From: Klebsormidium nitens
Lineage: Eukaryota > Plantae > Klebsormidiophyceae
Assembly (NCBI GenBank): GCA_000708835.1
Contig: DF237272.1
Span: forward strand, 1-64,000
Length of the DNA stretch: 64,000 bases
Direction of reading: 5' to 3'
Part shown: positions 23,410 to 35,150 of the stretch, piece by piece
Numbering within the stretch: position 1 is the first letter of the stretch
Layout of the letters: each line of letters begins with the position of its first letter
Program-made: the position numbers and the translations under genes
Notes under the pieces: model-generated
The model's database searches: none
The model's input: the letters and a program-made list of their open reading frames with translations, nothing else
Told to the model about the DNA's origin: nothing

Positions 23410-24970
23410 TCATGTCCCGCTCAGCCGTGCTGCTGCTATCTTTGTTCGAAGAGGTGGGAACTCAAAAACAACGAGGTCTTGATCGAGGTACAGGACCGGA
23501 AAGCGGGAAAGCTCGGGGAAGAACAGGGCTCTTCCAGCAGAATTTAGTCCGTCGACGAACCACGAGCCCTGCAAAGAAGCACTCAGTTAAATGTACCTTG
23601 TGAAGTGCGCTGAGGTGCTGATTGATCCGAGATGATCGGGAGAGTCAAGCAGTAGGTGTACAGCCCTTGCTCCTCGATGTGCTTTCTGGCAAATGCAGCA
23701 AACATCATCTTGAATCCATCTGGCAAAGCAACACAAATATCTCTAGGTATGATGTGGACAGTATCCTCACCTTTCCAGCTGGGTTTGGTTTCAGACCGTC
23801 TGCTCCTCTGTCCACCCAGAATGAGTCAAAGAACACCTCTACCCGCTCTGAATCCACCCCCCGGAAGTCACCTGCCGCACTAAGCCACCCGCTGCCTATC
23901 AGGGGTGCTGTGTACTGGACGTTACTGTCGATATGGCCTCCGTTTAAGATGTAAAGGATGGGGTCGAATTTGGTGCCCCCAAAGAGGAGCGATGACATTC
24001 TGCAGGCAGAGATAGTGATTAAGAACAGCGATTGAGATCGGCACCGCCAGGCAAATACAGCCACCAGTCTTATGATGGAGGCATGAGGGGGATAAGAAGA
24101 ACTTGCAAGAGACAAAGTCTTCGCTATTCCCTCCACCATCTTCTTTGCCAGGAAGTTAGCAAGTCTGATGTGGTTCCATTGGATTACCGCGGGCACAGGA
24201 ACTAGCAACACTCGATGAGAAGCTCTGCTTTCAAACAGTGCATTTGGACCCGTTCTGCTCCGTCCCATCAAAGACGTATTCCCCTGCCATCTTGTATCCG
24301 AGAAAGAAGATGATTTCAATTCCCGTTGCTCCTTAAAGATTGCCTTGAAGGGACTTCAATCCAGCGAGGCAGCTCACCTAGTGATATGAGGGGCGTGGAA
24401 AACTTCCCACGTCCCTTGCCCCAGTTCAACGCTCTTGCCCCCTGGGTTGCTCGTTGGATTGGCGGCCAGTAACGCTGTCACTGCAGAATCCAGCCTCTCT
24501 CGCACCTCTTTCTCTGCATAAAGTGTCCCCCAGCCACCATTCTTTATGCCCCCTCTTTCTTCCAGGATCTGCAAGATCGTCTCGCGGGGGCTCGGTAGAA
24601 TGAGCTGTTGCGTCCCAAGCGCACCGCTGGAAGGATTTAGACTAGGATCTAGGCTCGCGGCTGCCACAACACCCGCATTCTTCGCCACGGTGCCTGATGC
24701 AGAAAGTGCGAAGCCTGTTGCCGCTAGCAGAAGCCGACGGGACGAGAGCTTCTTCCTCTGCTTTGATTCGGTTGCTTGTATGGTGCAGCTATGACCCGCT
24801 GCTGCCGCAGTCAATCTTGCTGCACTCAGACCCCTTTTGTCAAGGAGGCAACAATGTTGTAGACTTTCAAAACCCTGGGTCTGGTTGTGCAGTGAACGCC
24901 TACTTTGCGGCCTGCAGAGAGCAGACACGCTGCAAGGAGTTGTCCTCGCAGCAAACTCCAGGCACGCCAT
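23410..24970 (-). CDS. PAP/fibrillin-domain plastid lipid-associated protein
   Basis: Exons 24970-24378, 23999-23771, 23568-23410, in phase. Transit-peptide-like N-terminus, then AANPTSNPG...GQGTWEVFHAPHI, VEVFFDSFWVD and FPVLYLDQDLVVFEFP. Confidence 0.8.
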
Positions 24971-25627
24971 CCCTGACAGCACCAGGCAGATCCTTCGTTG
25001 CGCTGCGCCTAGCTGTAAAGAGGAGTTCAGAACCTGGTCTAGCTCAAACAGGGACAATCTAAATGAACTGGTCAAGCTCAAAATGTTGGGAGCGTTCACC
25101 GCGCCAGTCAGGCTGAGAGAGCGGCAGCCCCAGCTAACTTGCGACTGCTCGCACCGTGTTCTCATGCCTCCGAATAAAATTTTGATCCAAGGGCACCCGG
25201 TGGAAATTTTCCCCTAGCCAGAAAGTGACGGCTTTCGCAACGTGCTCATGGACCGGTACAAGCTGCAGCAGTTGCATACTTTAGATCCCAGGCCGGTTTT
25301 GTATGCTGGCGCCGGCGGAAGGCGCCGTTTCCTTTCTCCATTTTCAACCGGGAAGGTTTCAACCAGTCCCAGGCTAAAAAAGATGGGGGAGTGCGCATCA
25401 GCCAGCTCGGCCACATTCTCGGCTGAACCAGAAGACGCTGCGCCTCAGCAGGGCAGGAGCAGGGCCTCAGGAACTCCTCAGCAAGTCCTCCTCTCCTCCT
25501 CCTACCTGCTACAAGTTGGTGCAGAGCCGTTGGTGCAAGATCCCCTTGCACATTGCGCTGTGTATCATTTCGCACCTGCCGAAAGTTTGCTCGCTTGCTT
25601 GCAATCCTGTATGCCCCGCTCTTAGCC

Positions 25628-26644
25628 ATGGCCCAGAGCAATGTGCACGTGCTCCGTTGCAATCCAGACATGCAGAGGCCAAGAGTCCTCGTGTGGCCTT
25701 TCGAGGTTTCTTTTGAACGGCGAGACGTTTATGGCGAGTTGGGTCGAGCAGACCATCCCTCACTCGAGGTGAAGCTCCGTGTGCTGGCTCGTCGAGATAC
25801 GTACGAGATATGGGCGGTGAATCACAGCACTGATGACAATCCTGATGAGGTAGCCTTGGGCACAGCTTTGTCTGTCCCTTGGGGGGGAAATGCTGCATTC
25901 AAATTGCCGTTGGTTTCGTTCGAGCCGGATGGAACCTCTAGCTCGCTCAGTTTCCCCATGAGTGCTCTCCCGACTGCGTATGAGCATCGAAGCGATTGCC
26001 CAGTAACTATCCTCGGCGCACTGGTCACACAAGGCAGTCCTGACTGGATTGCGGCCAGGGCGCCAGAAGCGCAAGTGTGGCGCCAAGTGCAGTGGGAGGC
26101 TTCTTTTGATGCCCGGTGCGAAGACTGGGTAGTAGAGGTCCGAGCACTCTCAGCATTCAATATGAAGGGTGTACTGAAGCTCGCCTATGACCCAGATAGG
26201 AAACAGCATGTGCTATGGATTCACAGCTTTTCGCCGACCCTAGAATTCATCATACCTGGGGTAGTGGCTTTGGCTAATGTTTTTGTGGACCTCTCTGGCT
26301 CTGTCTCCGTAACTAAGAATCAGAGGGGGTCACAAATTTATGAGCTTTGTATCAACCTGGAATGTGTGGCAAGAGACTCTATCTCAACCTCGTCATCGGA
26401 CCCAAAGTGGGATGAAGTGGAAGAGGGAAGCCGGGTCATTTTTAGTGGATGCTTCTTGGTGAACGTGGAAGATAGCGCTGCACGCACCATTCAGGCGGCA
26501 TGGAGGGTGTGTTTCCGTAGGAGGTGTCAGGCTGCTTCTAGAATCAAAGTAGCTTGGAAACAATGGAGGGACAATCCAGCTTACAAGTATTGTCGCAAGC
26601 GCCTGCTGAGGGAGTTCTCCGAAATGCCTGTTCTTGGCACCTGA
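25628..26644 (+). CDS. Intronless hypothetical protein (338 aa) with C-terminal IQ-like motifs
   Basis: Uninterrupted ORF from GCCATGG at 25628. It ends AARTIQAAWR...AASRIKVAWKQWRDNPAYKYCRKRLLREFSEM. No family recognised for the body. Confidence 0.7.
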   Translation: MAQSNVHVLRCNPDMQRPRVLVWPFEVSFERRDVYGELGRADHPSLEVKLRVLARRDTYEIWAVNHSTDDNPDEVALGTALSVPWGGNAAFKLPLVSFEPDGTSSSLSFPMSALPTAYEHRSDCPVTILGALVTQGSPDWIAARAPEAQVWRQVQWEASFDARCEDWVVEVRALSAFNMKGVLKLAYDPDRKQHVLWIHSFSPTLEFIIPGVVALANVFVDLSGSVSVTKNQRGSQIYELCINLECVARDSISTSSSDPKWDEVEEGSRVIFSGCFLVNVEDSAARTIQAAWRVCFRRRCQAASRIKVAWKQWRDNPAYKYCRKRLLREFSEMPVLGT

Positions 26645-27193
26645 TATTGCTTAGAAAGGTGTTTGAATACGTGCCGGCCTTGAAAGAGCGATCAATCTAA
26701 CAACATATAGGGAGGATCACATGTGAGGGAGCTATAGATATGGTTTCTACTTTGCAGAACTCCTGATGTTCCAGATGGCTGCGTAGCGGGTGAATCAGAT
26801 ACATTAAGTTGCCTCGAGCTAGACGCACGCAATAATTTGTTGCAATACAATTCTTGACTCCAGCTCCGATGTATTGTATTTTAAAAACCAACCTGGATAA
26901 TAATTTGCGTACTGACAGTGGTAAGCAGGACCGCATGCCGTCCAACCTGATATGCATGGGATCGAAGCCAAACAAGGCCTCTTACGGCCTTCCTTCCCTT
27001 GTCGGCATGCATGTTAACTATATCAGTAAGGCCCGTCACTGCACTGATCTGCAATTGAACAACACGAAAGAGCAAAAGAGCAGCTACGATCGATTCAATA
27101 ATTTACCGGTGGTCTATACACTCTAACTACGGTAGACGTCGGAGGTATCATTATCAACTCCATATATGGCCGCTCGATTGTTGTCATATGCAC

Positions 27194-27221
27194 ATGCAGC
27201 CCGCGGCCGCGCCGGCTGCAT
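27194..27221. other. GC-rich near-perfect palindrome / hairpin
   Basis: ATGCAGCC-CGCGGCCGCG-CC-GGCTGCAT: an 8-bp outer stem around a self-complementary 10-mer. Confidence 0.7.
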
Positions 27222-28003
27222 AGCCATGCACCGTAATCAACCTGTCTATGATATGTTCATGCATTTGTTTTATTACCGCCGGCCTAAACCATGAATTGAA
27301 CAATTGAGGTCGATGTTATGTGTATCGTGCTATATAAAGATTGTGCACATATGTAAACTTTCATGTCACATGGCGCGCGGCTAGCAGATCTACCACGTAC
27401 GTCTAGAGAATCTAGGATTGACTATAAATACGTACAAATCAAAATGCGTATGAACTCGCGACCAGGCCCAAAAAATGGGCGTCAAGTGGTATCATAGTCC
27501 GGAATCAACTTCGAACCAATTCCGCCCTGGCATCGTGCCAACTATGCGGCATGATATGCGGCAAAAGTGCAGATCCTGATCCACTCGTAAGTTGACACAT
27601 CGATGCAGTATCAACTGATTAATCATGACGAGAGCCGAAGTCGGGACAATCTCGAACAGCTCAATATAACTCTAAGACATTTTAACAATGGCAGTAATAT
27701 GTACCGAACCTATATGCACATCTCGGTTCGTCTAACGTGGCGCTACTCCAGCAACACCGCTAGCTGTCTTGACTCACCGCCACATTTTCATCAACGGCCT
27801 TGCTCATCTGGAGGGGCCTGCAATACGTTTCCCTTCTTGCAACAGACTTAACTTTTACCTGGAAGCACTAATCAATGATACTTCTCGCAACTTCGTCGGT
27901 CAATTCCAGCCTTCAGTTCTGCTGCTTGTTGGCAACGCTGCCAGCCCAAGCCAAGCAACAACCGGACCGACCAATCAAGCCGCAGCTCGATCTAGTTGCC
28001 GTT

Positions 28004-31000
28004 CTACTGCGCTGCCAAAGCCTTGCACTCGACTTTGTGACGCGGCCAGTCCGTTTTTTGACACTCTGCACATCAAGGAGCGGAGGGAATATACCGCGAA
28101 TTACGAAGATAGCAAGGCCCAAAACAGAGAGATTGCAAAGTCAAGGGTGAACACGTCTTCTACTCCGCAGCAAGAAGCAGAGAAATCCGCAGGAGACTCT
28201 CGGAGCAGCAACTGCCTTGCACCGTGGGGTAACCCCAGAAACAGGTTCTCTCGTTTATGGCAAACCCCTTCACAACCCTGGAGAAACGGCGGCAAAACCA
28301 TGGAAGCAGCGTCTGAATGATTTCGGAAAGCGCGCAGCAAGTTCGACGTGAGCAGAAACGTACGAAGTCGAAAGGGACCGAAAGCAGGGGCAGCGGTTGG
28401 ACTGCTCACCTGCCGAACAGTATCCCGCCACGTTGCACTTTGAACACCGCAGAATCTTCACGTCCGACTTCCCGCAAACTCCGCATGATGGCGCCCCCGC
28501 GACCGCCTTCTTTTTCTTCTTTTTGCCCTTCCCGGGGGCACCGTTCTCCGCTCCCCCGGACCCCCCCGAACTGTGTCCAGACACCCGAGCGGCTTCGCCG
28601 GAAACCCCAGAAGAACCAATCCGCAGATTCTTTACACCCCGAACAGCCTCTCCCGCGAGCTTTTTCCGGCGCGCGATCAACTTGCCCTGCATCCGTAATC
28701 GGTCCACTAACCCGACCTGCAACGGGTGGAAAATCTCCTGCTGCGCCGCGCGCTCTAACCCGGTATCCAACCGTAACCCGAATTCCGCGAGCACGTCGAC
28801 GCACTTCTCAAACGAAATCTCCTTGGAGTGCGGGCTCTCGGGCTCGAAGCGACAGCGCTGACACTTTTCGGGAACCATTCCCTTGATGCACAGAAAACAG
28901 TTGGTCTGGAAGAGTTCCATGTACAGAGAGCGGAGCTCCGCGGTGTCGGAGGCGATTGCGGGGAGGATTTCGAGCGCGGCGCGGAGGGCCACGTGGTTGC
29001 CCTGGTTCATGGCCATGGCGAGGGGGGAGAACTCCTGCTGCGTGGGGCGCGGCACCTAAGGGGGGGGGAGATTTCTCAATCTTTGCTTTTGCAGACAGAT
29101 TATGGTGGGGGTGGAAGAAACGACTTCTTCAGCATGGATGATTGATTGAGAGCGGCAGAAACATGCCAACCGCAGCATGTCAGAAGAACCCTTGGAAACG
29201 AATCCAGTGAGCAGGGCTGGACCCTAAAACCCGACCGCTGGCAGTCTTTGGGAGCCGCATGTACCTCAGTCCATCACAACGCATACTGGCATAAGGAAGT
29301 CCGAATCTCCAACTCCTAAGTTCTAGCCCCTATTCCGCAACGTCCACAGTCGGCTACTTAGCATTGACCAGATTGGAGCCCAGCGATTTACGGCGTCGAA
29401 GTGAAGCGCATGCCAACGGTGAGTCAAGCAGAAAACCGAATCGGCAAAATGGTAGAGAAAAGGCCTGTTGCACCCTGATTCCGGGCCCACCGAACAAGGT
29501 TCCTCTGACCACATGTGACGAAACCAGAAGTGGAGGAACATCAGAGCAAGCTCACCTGAGCCCCGTTTCGGATGAGCGCCTGGACGATGCTGGGTGCCGA
29601 TCGTAGTATAGCGCCTTCTTGAATGTTAGACCCCAATTCCGATTCACCGCATAGAGATTCTCCATAATCCACAAAGTGACCCGTCAAAACCACGAGGCAA
29701 GCTCACCTGCGCCCCGTTTCGAATCAGCGCCTGGACGATACTGGGGTGCCGATCGTAGTACAGCGCCTTGTTGATCGGCCGGAAGCTCGTGGCATCCGCC
29801 GCGTTTACGTCGCAGCCGCCCTCCTGGATCAGAAAGTCAATCACCTCGCCGGTCGCCCCTTTGCCTGCGTACATTGGAAAAGCTTGTTGGGGTTGCTTGT
29901 TCCTCTTTCTCAGCTATGTGGGCACCATTTGCGCCATCCTCAGAAACTGGAGGTAGGGGTTAACGGACAGTAGGAATGCAACCTTTGTGCTTGCGCTTCT
30001 AGAAACCTCAGAAAGAAGATTCCCTCGCCAATCGCCCCTTTGCCTGCAATGAATAAGAGACGCTTTGCTAGAGGTCCTTGTGCTTCTCTATAGAAAAATG
30101 GTCGCAAAGTTTGCATGACAAGACAGCGGAGGGTGCTTTTCGAGTACTTGAAAGGCATTTCTGTCGTCGCACGTTCAGTGAGTCGGTCCAAAGCCTCGAC
30201 CGACAGAAAAGTACACGCGTTGATAGTCTTACAACTGTCCACAAAGACTTGAGAGACTTTTTGCAGTGGACACCACACCAAGGTTAGGGGTTAGAGGGCC
30301 TTTTCAGCATCACCCACACCTGCCACTTGTAGGCAAGGCGGCAAAGTTCGAGACTGGTTCCAAACTGGAGAGTCAGCGTTCAGGTTATTCGGGGCCGAAG
30401 GGTGCTTACAAACCTAGAAACCCAGCTTTCCCATCCATCAGTTCTTCCAAAGCGGGAAAAAACAAACTTTGCACAGAAACCAACAAAGTCCAGATAAGCT
30501 TGCTCTGAGCGGCAGTACAAGGAGCGACGCGGGCTCACATGCGAGCGCGTCGAACACAATGAGGTCTCGCTCGTATGCGTCCTGGGGCTTGAGCCCGGGC
30601 AGTTTGAACCCCCCTTTTGCGAAGAGCGCCTTCAGCTTCTCCAGATTGTAGGGGCCGTACTGCGATTTGAGAAGCAGAGATGAAATTGGGCTTTGAGCAT
30701 GCACCGAGACCAGGAGTGTTTATTTTGTGTCCTTTGAGCAATGCAAGGCCGGCGGATGAAGCTCGATTGAAAGTTGGAGAGGTGCGGGTTGATTGGTCAC
30801 CTCGGCACACGTTTCATATTTGCTACATAACACCGAGGACTGGTGAGATGTAGAAAGAAAGGAACGAAAGTACGGAGACCGAGCGAAAATAGGTCGGCGA
30901 AAGCACACTCGAGCGTTCTCCCCACCGAGAGATAAGGTTTTCGAGTGTCGAGCCCACAGAGAGTGACCCTGCCAGATGATTCCTCGACATGATTCGAACT

Positions 31001-34000
31001 AACCCACAAGTTGGCTCCGATGACGGAGTCGGCATCAGAATGCGCCCCGCCTCTGCGTCCCAAAAAGCGGGTTCCGGATCACATCTACGACTCTTTAGCC
31101 TGCACATTCACCTTTCCTGCTTGACCGTCTCTGCGTTGCGAGACGTTCGTGGAGGGATCATTAATCACAGGCGACACAAAATGTTGCGTCTTACCCCTTT
31201 CACCTCCCGCAGCATCAGCACACTCTGCCACACGTTGCGGCACTTAAGCGCCCATTCGATGGCCCCCGGCGTTTTCTTCCACAAGTCTCCAACGGCGTGG
31301 ATGTAAGCGACCGCCTGGACCATGTCGTCGACGCCCGTGAAAGTGATGGGCAGGTGGCCTTTGGGAAGCTGCCGTTCGCCTGCATTTGAAAAGCCACTTA
31401 AGGTCATGATCAATCGCGGAAGCAGTCTTACAAAGCAAGGGCCGCGTTGAAGCCAAATCCTCTTCCGCTCTCGCCTTCAGATTCCTTGGGAAAGAGCAAT
31501 TCTTGGGAGAAAAACTGAGACCGACTGACGCGTTTTTGATGACGCCATTGACCCAAAAGAGCAAGTGGCCCCCGGAGGACTCCGTTCGCCAGCATAAACA
31601 ACGTGTCCTTCCCTCGTGTCAATGGGAGCAGGGATTTCGAAGCTGGCGGTTTGGAGGAAGAGCATGTCGTGTAGCGAGGAATTTCATGAGGAGGTCACGA
31701 GCAGAACATTCGAAGAACGAACGCGACACGGAAACGCAAGGTCTTCAGATTCTTCCAGCTGGGGGTAAGTTTAACAGAGTCTTGAAGCAGAAGCAATTGG
31801 TCGATCTTGACTAGCCCGTAGCAGTCAATCGCATGAGGTCACAAAAAGAACCAACAATTCAGGCAGCTTTGTTTCTGAAACATAGTCAAAAGGATCGAAT
31901 AGAGGTTTCTTTGGCCTTGCGAAAGGTGGGCGAGTTTGCCTTAGCGTAACCATTTACAAGCCTCAGTCAGCCTCAGTATGACAATTCCGCCGTAGCCTGT
32001 GTGAACAGAGAAGCCTCAACCGATCTCTTGCCAGAAAACCTGAGATGCCTTATTCCCAATCAGACGCCTGGACGGATAATATCCTGAAACTTCGACATCA
32101 GTCCAAGAAGCGCCCAGAGCCCCACCCGCCAAAAACTCCATTACGAGCGGCGCCTGCTGGAGGGCCATCAGGATCGCGCCCCCCGCTCGGCAGATCTCCT
32201 CCTGCGCCGCATCGGTCCATTCGTTCTGGCGCCCTCCGGCGGTCTTCTCCACGGCGCGCACCATGGTGAAGTAATGCCACGGGAAGAAGGGGCGGCCGAC
32301 TTTCTGGAGGAGAAGGGGAGACCTGTGTCTATATCTTGTGCAAAAGAACGAGAAGTCTCTGACTACTTTCGGGAGGGGGGCTGAGATGTGTTACCTTCCT
32401 GAGCACAAAGCCGGACGGATTCGACGAAGTATTTGGCGCCGGAAGGCATGATCCGTTGGCTATGTGACTATGGGGAGTCCAGGGGCCGAAACAACTCGAA
32501 AAAGGCCCCGCAGCTGTCTGATGGGTCTGGTGATGTGGAAGGGACTTTGAAGGCAACGGAAACAATTGGGAAAGGGAGGAGCCCGGAGCAAAATTAGCCT
32601 TCTGCTTTTGCGCAACTGGATGCCTTCGCCCATCAAGGAGACATACAAACGGTCGAGGTCAAGGGAACGACACAGAGGGAAGTTTCTTCGACGAAGCACT
32701 CTTCTTTGAGCACACCTACAGTTGCTGAAAACATTGAGCGGCAAAGCAAAGCCCTCATAGTGGACAACACATGCCGAAGCTTCCAGTCTACTGAATATTA
32801 AGCGCCCAAATCAGTGCCAATAGGCGGAAACACACAAGGAAGCAGACACAAAGACGAAAGGGCAAATGAGCTCGAGAAGCTCCAAACGCTGACCTTGAAA
32901 TCCATCAGAGCCTGCGTGTACACCCAGGAGCACTGGGTTGACGTCAGCGTGTAATTCTCCGAGCACTCGCGCCGGTGCATGTACTTCTCCGCAAACGCGA
33001 CGCCCTTGAACCGCAGCAGCAGGATGGGCAGGTGGTACCTGTGCCAGAGTGACGTCAGCATGAGGTTTTGCACAATGGACAAGCCACTTTGGGTGCCAAG
33101 TAATGCTTTTGAAAGGGACGCAGAGTTTGACCGTCGGCCCTACTTAAGTGCGAGTGCGATCACCGCAAAGGCTGCCAGGTTCGGCAGTTTCTCTTCCTAA
33201 GCACGGCTACCCTGCAATAACTGGAACCAAACCACAGCAAACACTATAAAACGTAAACACATAGCAGGCCCTTGCACGATTTCCTGCCAGGATCATGGAC
33301 CAATGATGTGTTTTCTTCTCACTACTTACCCGTACCTGATGTTGGTAAACGAGCCGTAACAATACCCGTGGCCGTGCAACGGTCCAACCATCATGAACGT
33401 GATTTCATGCAGAATCAGCCCTACGTCTCTTTCATTCTGCCGCAGATGACTTTTCCCGTACCTGAAGTTGGTATACGAGCTGTAGCGATACCCGTGATCG
33501 TCTAACTTCCGCAGCCGTTGGAACATGTTGTAGCTCTCCTCATCGCGGCCCATCTTGAAAAGCACGATCGCGGCGCCGTTGACGCACCGAAAGAGCGCGC
33601 GCATTGGCGGTACCATGAAGGCTTGGCCCTCGGTAGACGCGCGTTCGAAGTCCGATTCGGAGAGGATTAGGGGGGCTTGCGCGATACCCTGCAAATGAGA
33701 AGAGGTTACGAAGATTAGCGGTGACGACGCTATTTGGTGGCGCAACGAGAGCGTCTCGAAGAACAACGTTTTTGATGCACACGAGGGCGAAAGAGAAGGC
33801 AAGACGGGCAAAGGTTGCGAAATCTGTTGAAAAGAATCACAGGGGCTCAAAGCATGCTTTCAAGAAACTGGACTTCGAGCCCCAAAGAACGGTGGGTGAC
33901 TGTGCTGGTGGTGCAGTTGCACTCTTCGCACAAACTCAAGAAAAAATGGTCAGCTGAACATTGTACGGGGGACGGAAAACATTACTCAAAGCGCTCTACG

Positions 34001-35150
34001 GGAGCCAAGGATTCCCTCTCGGAACATGGCCCTCCGGAGCGAAGGCTGCTTAGAGAATTAATACCAGTCACGTTGTTCAATTTGTAATCTACGTGCAAAA
34101 GAAGCATACCGATGACATCCAAAAGGACAAGGCCTTCCCTTTCCGAGCGCGAAATACGCTCACCTCATTGTAAAAATCTAGCGCCTCTTGAAGACTCTTG
34201 GCCGCGTTGGTGGCAAGCACGTTGTACGCTTCGGGGCAGCGGGGATCGATCGCGAGCGCCTCCCGAGCCACTCGCGTGGCATCTTCCGGGCTACGGCCAT
34301 AAGCAGAGATGGCTTTGAGGGCCGCGCGGGAAACGGACGTAGAGACGTACTGGTGAGAAGGGAGAGTAGAGTGAGGAGGGAACGTTTGAGGGCGTTGGAG
34401 AGTCAGAGAGCACAAAGTGAAGGAGGAAAGGTGACGTCGAGCAAAATATTAAGGGGTGAGATCTCACGAGGACAAGTGGAACGTGGGAAGAAATAGCAGA
34501 GGAGAATCAGCAGCTACTTACAGGTCGCTGATCAATCAAAAAAATTCATTCTTGAATGATAACGAAGAAGGTTCCGTGTACGACAAAGAGACTTCAAGCA
34601 GGTAACAGCCTTGAGAGAAAACTTCATCTGGGTGCCAATCTTGCTCGTGATCAGAAATTCAAACCTGTTGATGAGATGTAAGCGGAATCTAAAGTTTACT
34701 TTGTGGTGACGACCAGATGAAAGAACCAAACAAGGACAGATGAATGAAGTAAACCAAGGATAGTCAAAGCTTTATAATTGCCACTTTGGCAAGGGTCCAC
34801 TTCCAACGAAGAGAACGAACGCTAAAACGAATGCTTGAACGAGGTGATCAGAGGAAAGGGGACTGGTGAAAGTGATCCATTTACTCCCAAATGAAGTCCC
34901 AAACATAAGATTGTACTCATAGATTGCCAAAGAAGGCTCCGTCAGAGGAACGACTCACATCGGGCTCCGCAGAGGGCGCGCTCTGCAGCCACAGCGTCTC
35001 GCAGCTGATGTGATGCCCGGCCGGCGTGCTCACAGCAGCTTTGGTGTACTCGGGATCGTCAACGGTGCCCCCGGTCGTTTCGAACCCGAGAAGGGGGGTG
35101 TGTGGGCTGCCGAGAGTGGGCTTGATCCCCAGGTTTCGAAGCCAGTCCAT
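28004..35150 (-). CDS. TPR-like (ST7/bacterial-type) + ankyrin + MYND zinc-finger protein, about 696 aa
   Basis: Ten in-phase exons: 35150-34959, 34349-34164, 33688-33462, 33038-32894, 32303-32126, 31379-31204, 30659-30539, 29864-29707, 29055-28410, 28065-28004. MYND CGVCGKSDVKILRCSKCNVAGYCSAECQKTDWPRHKVEC; ankyrin-like VIDFLIQEGGCDVNAAD...IVQALIRNGA; TPR-like EALAIDPRCPEAYNVLA. The donor at 32126 and the start codon are the least certain. Confidence 0.82.
29545..29620 (-). repeat. Degenerate intronic copy of the ankyrin exon end plus donor (29696-29772)
   Basis: gcaagctcacctgagccccgtttcggatgagcgcctggacgatgctgggtgccgatcgtagtatagcgcc versus gcaagctcacctgcgccccgtttcgaatcagcgcctggacgatactggggtgccgatcgtagtacagcgcc. 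Offset 151 bp; CAG|GTGAGC retained. Confidence 0.92.
30024..30048 (-). repeat. Degenerate intronic copy of the ankyrin exon acceptor plus start (29845-29868)
   Basis: On the - strand TGCAG|GCAAAGGGGCGATTGGCGAG versus CGCAG|GCAAAGGGGCGACCGGCGAG. Offset 179 bp; AG retained. Confidence 0.8.
33322..33385 (-). repeat. Degenerate intronic copy of the TPR exon-3 end plus donor (33448-33511)
   Basis: cccgtacctgatgttggtaaacgagccgtaacaatacccgtggccgt versus cccgtacctgaagttggtatacgagctgtagcgatacccgtgatcgt. Offset 126 bp, in frame, donor retained. Confidence 0.9.

Noticed and set aside
28317-28886. Plus-strand 189-aa and 154-aa ORFs
   Set aside because: Antisense to the GC-rich MYND exon.
30283-30300. 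TTAGGG-like words (also near 61895) as an interstitial telomere
   Set aside because: Only 2-3 imperfect units inside introns; too short to call.
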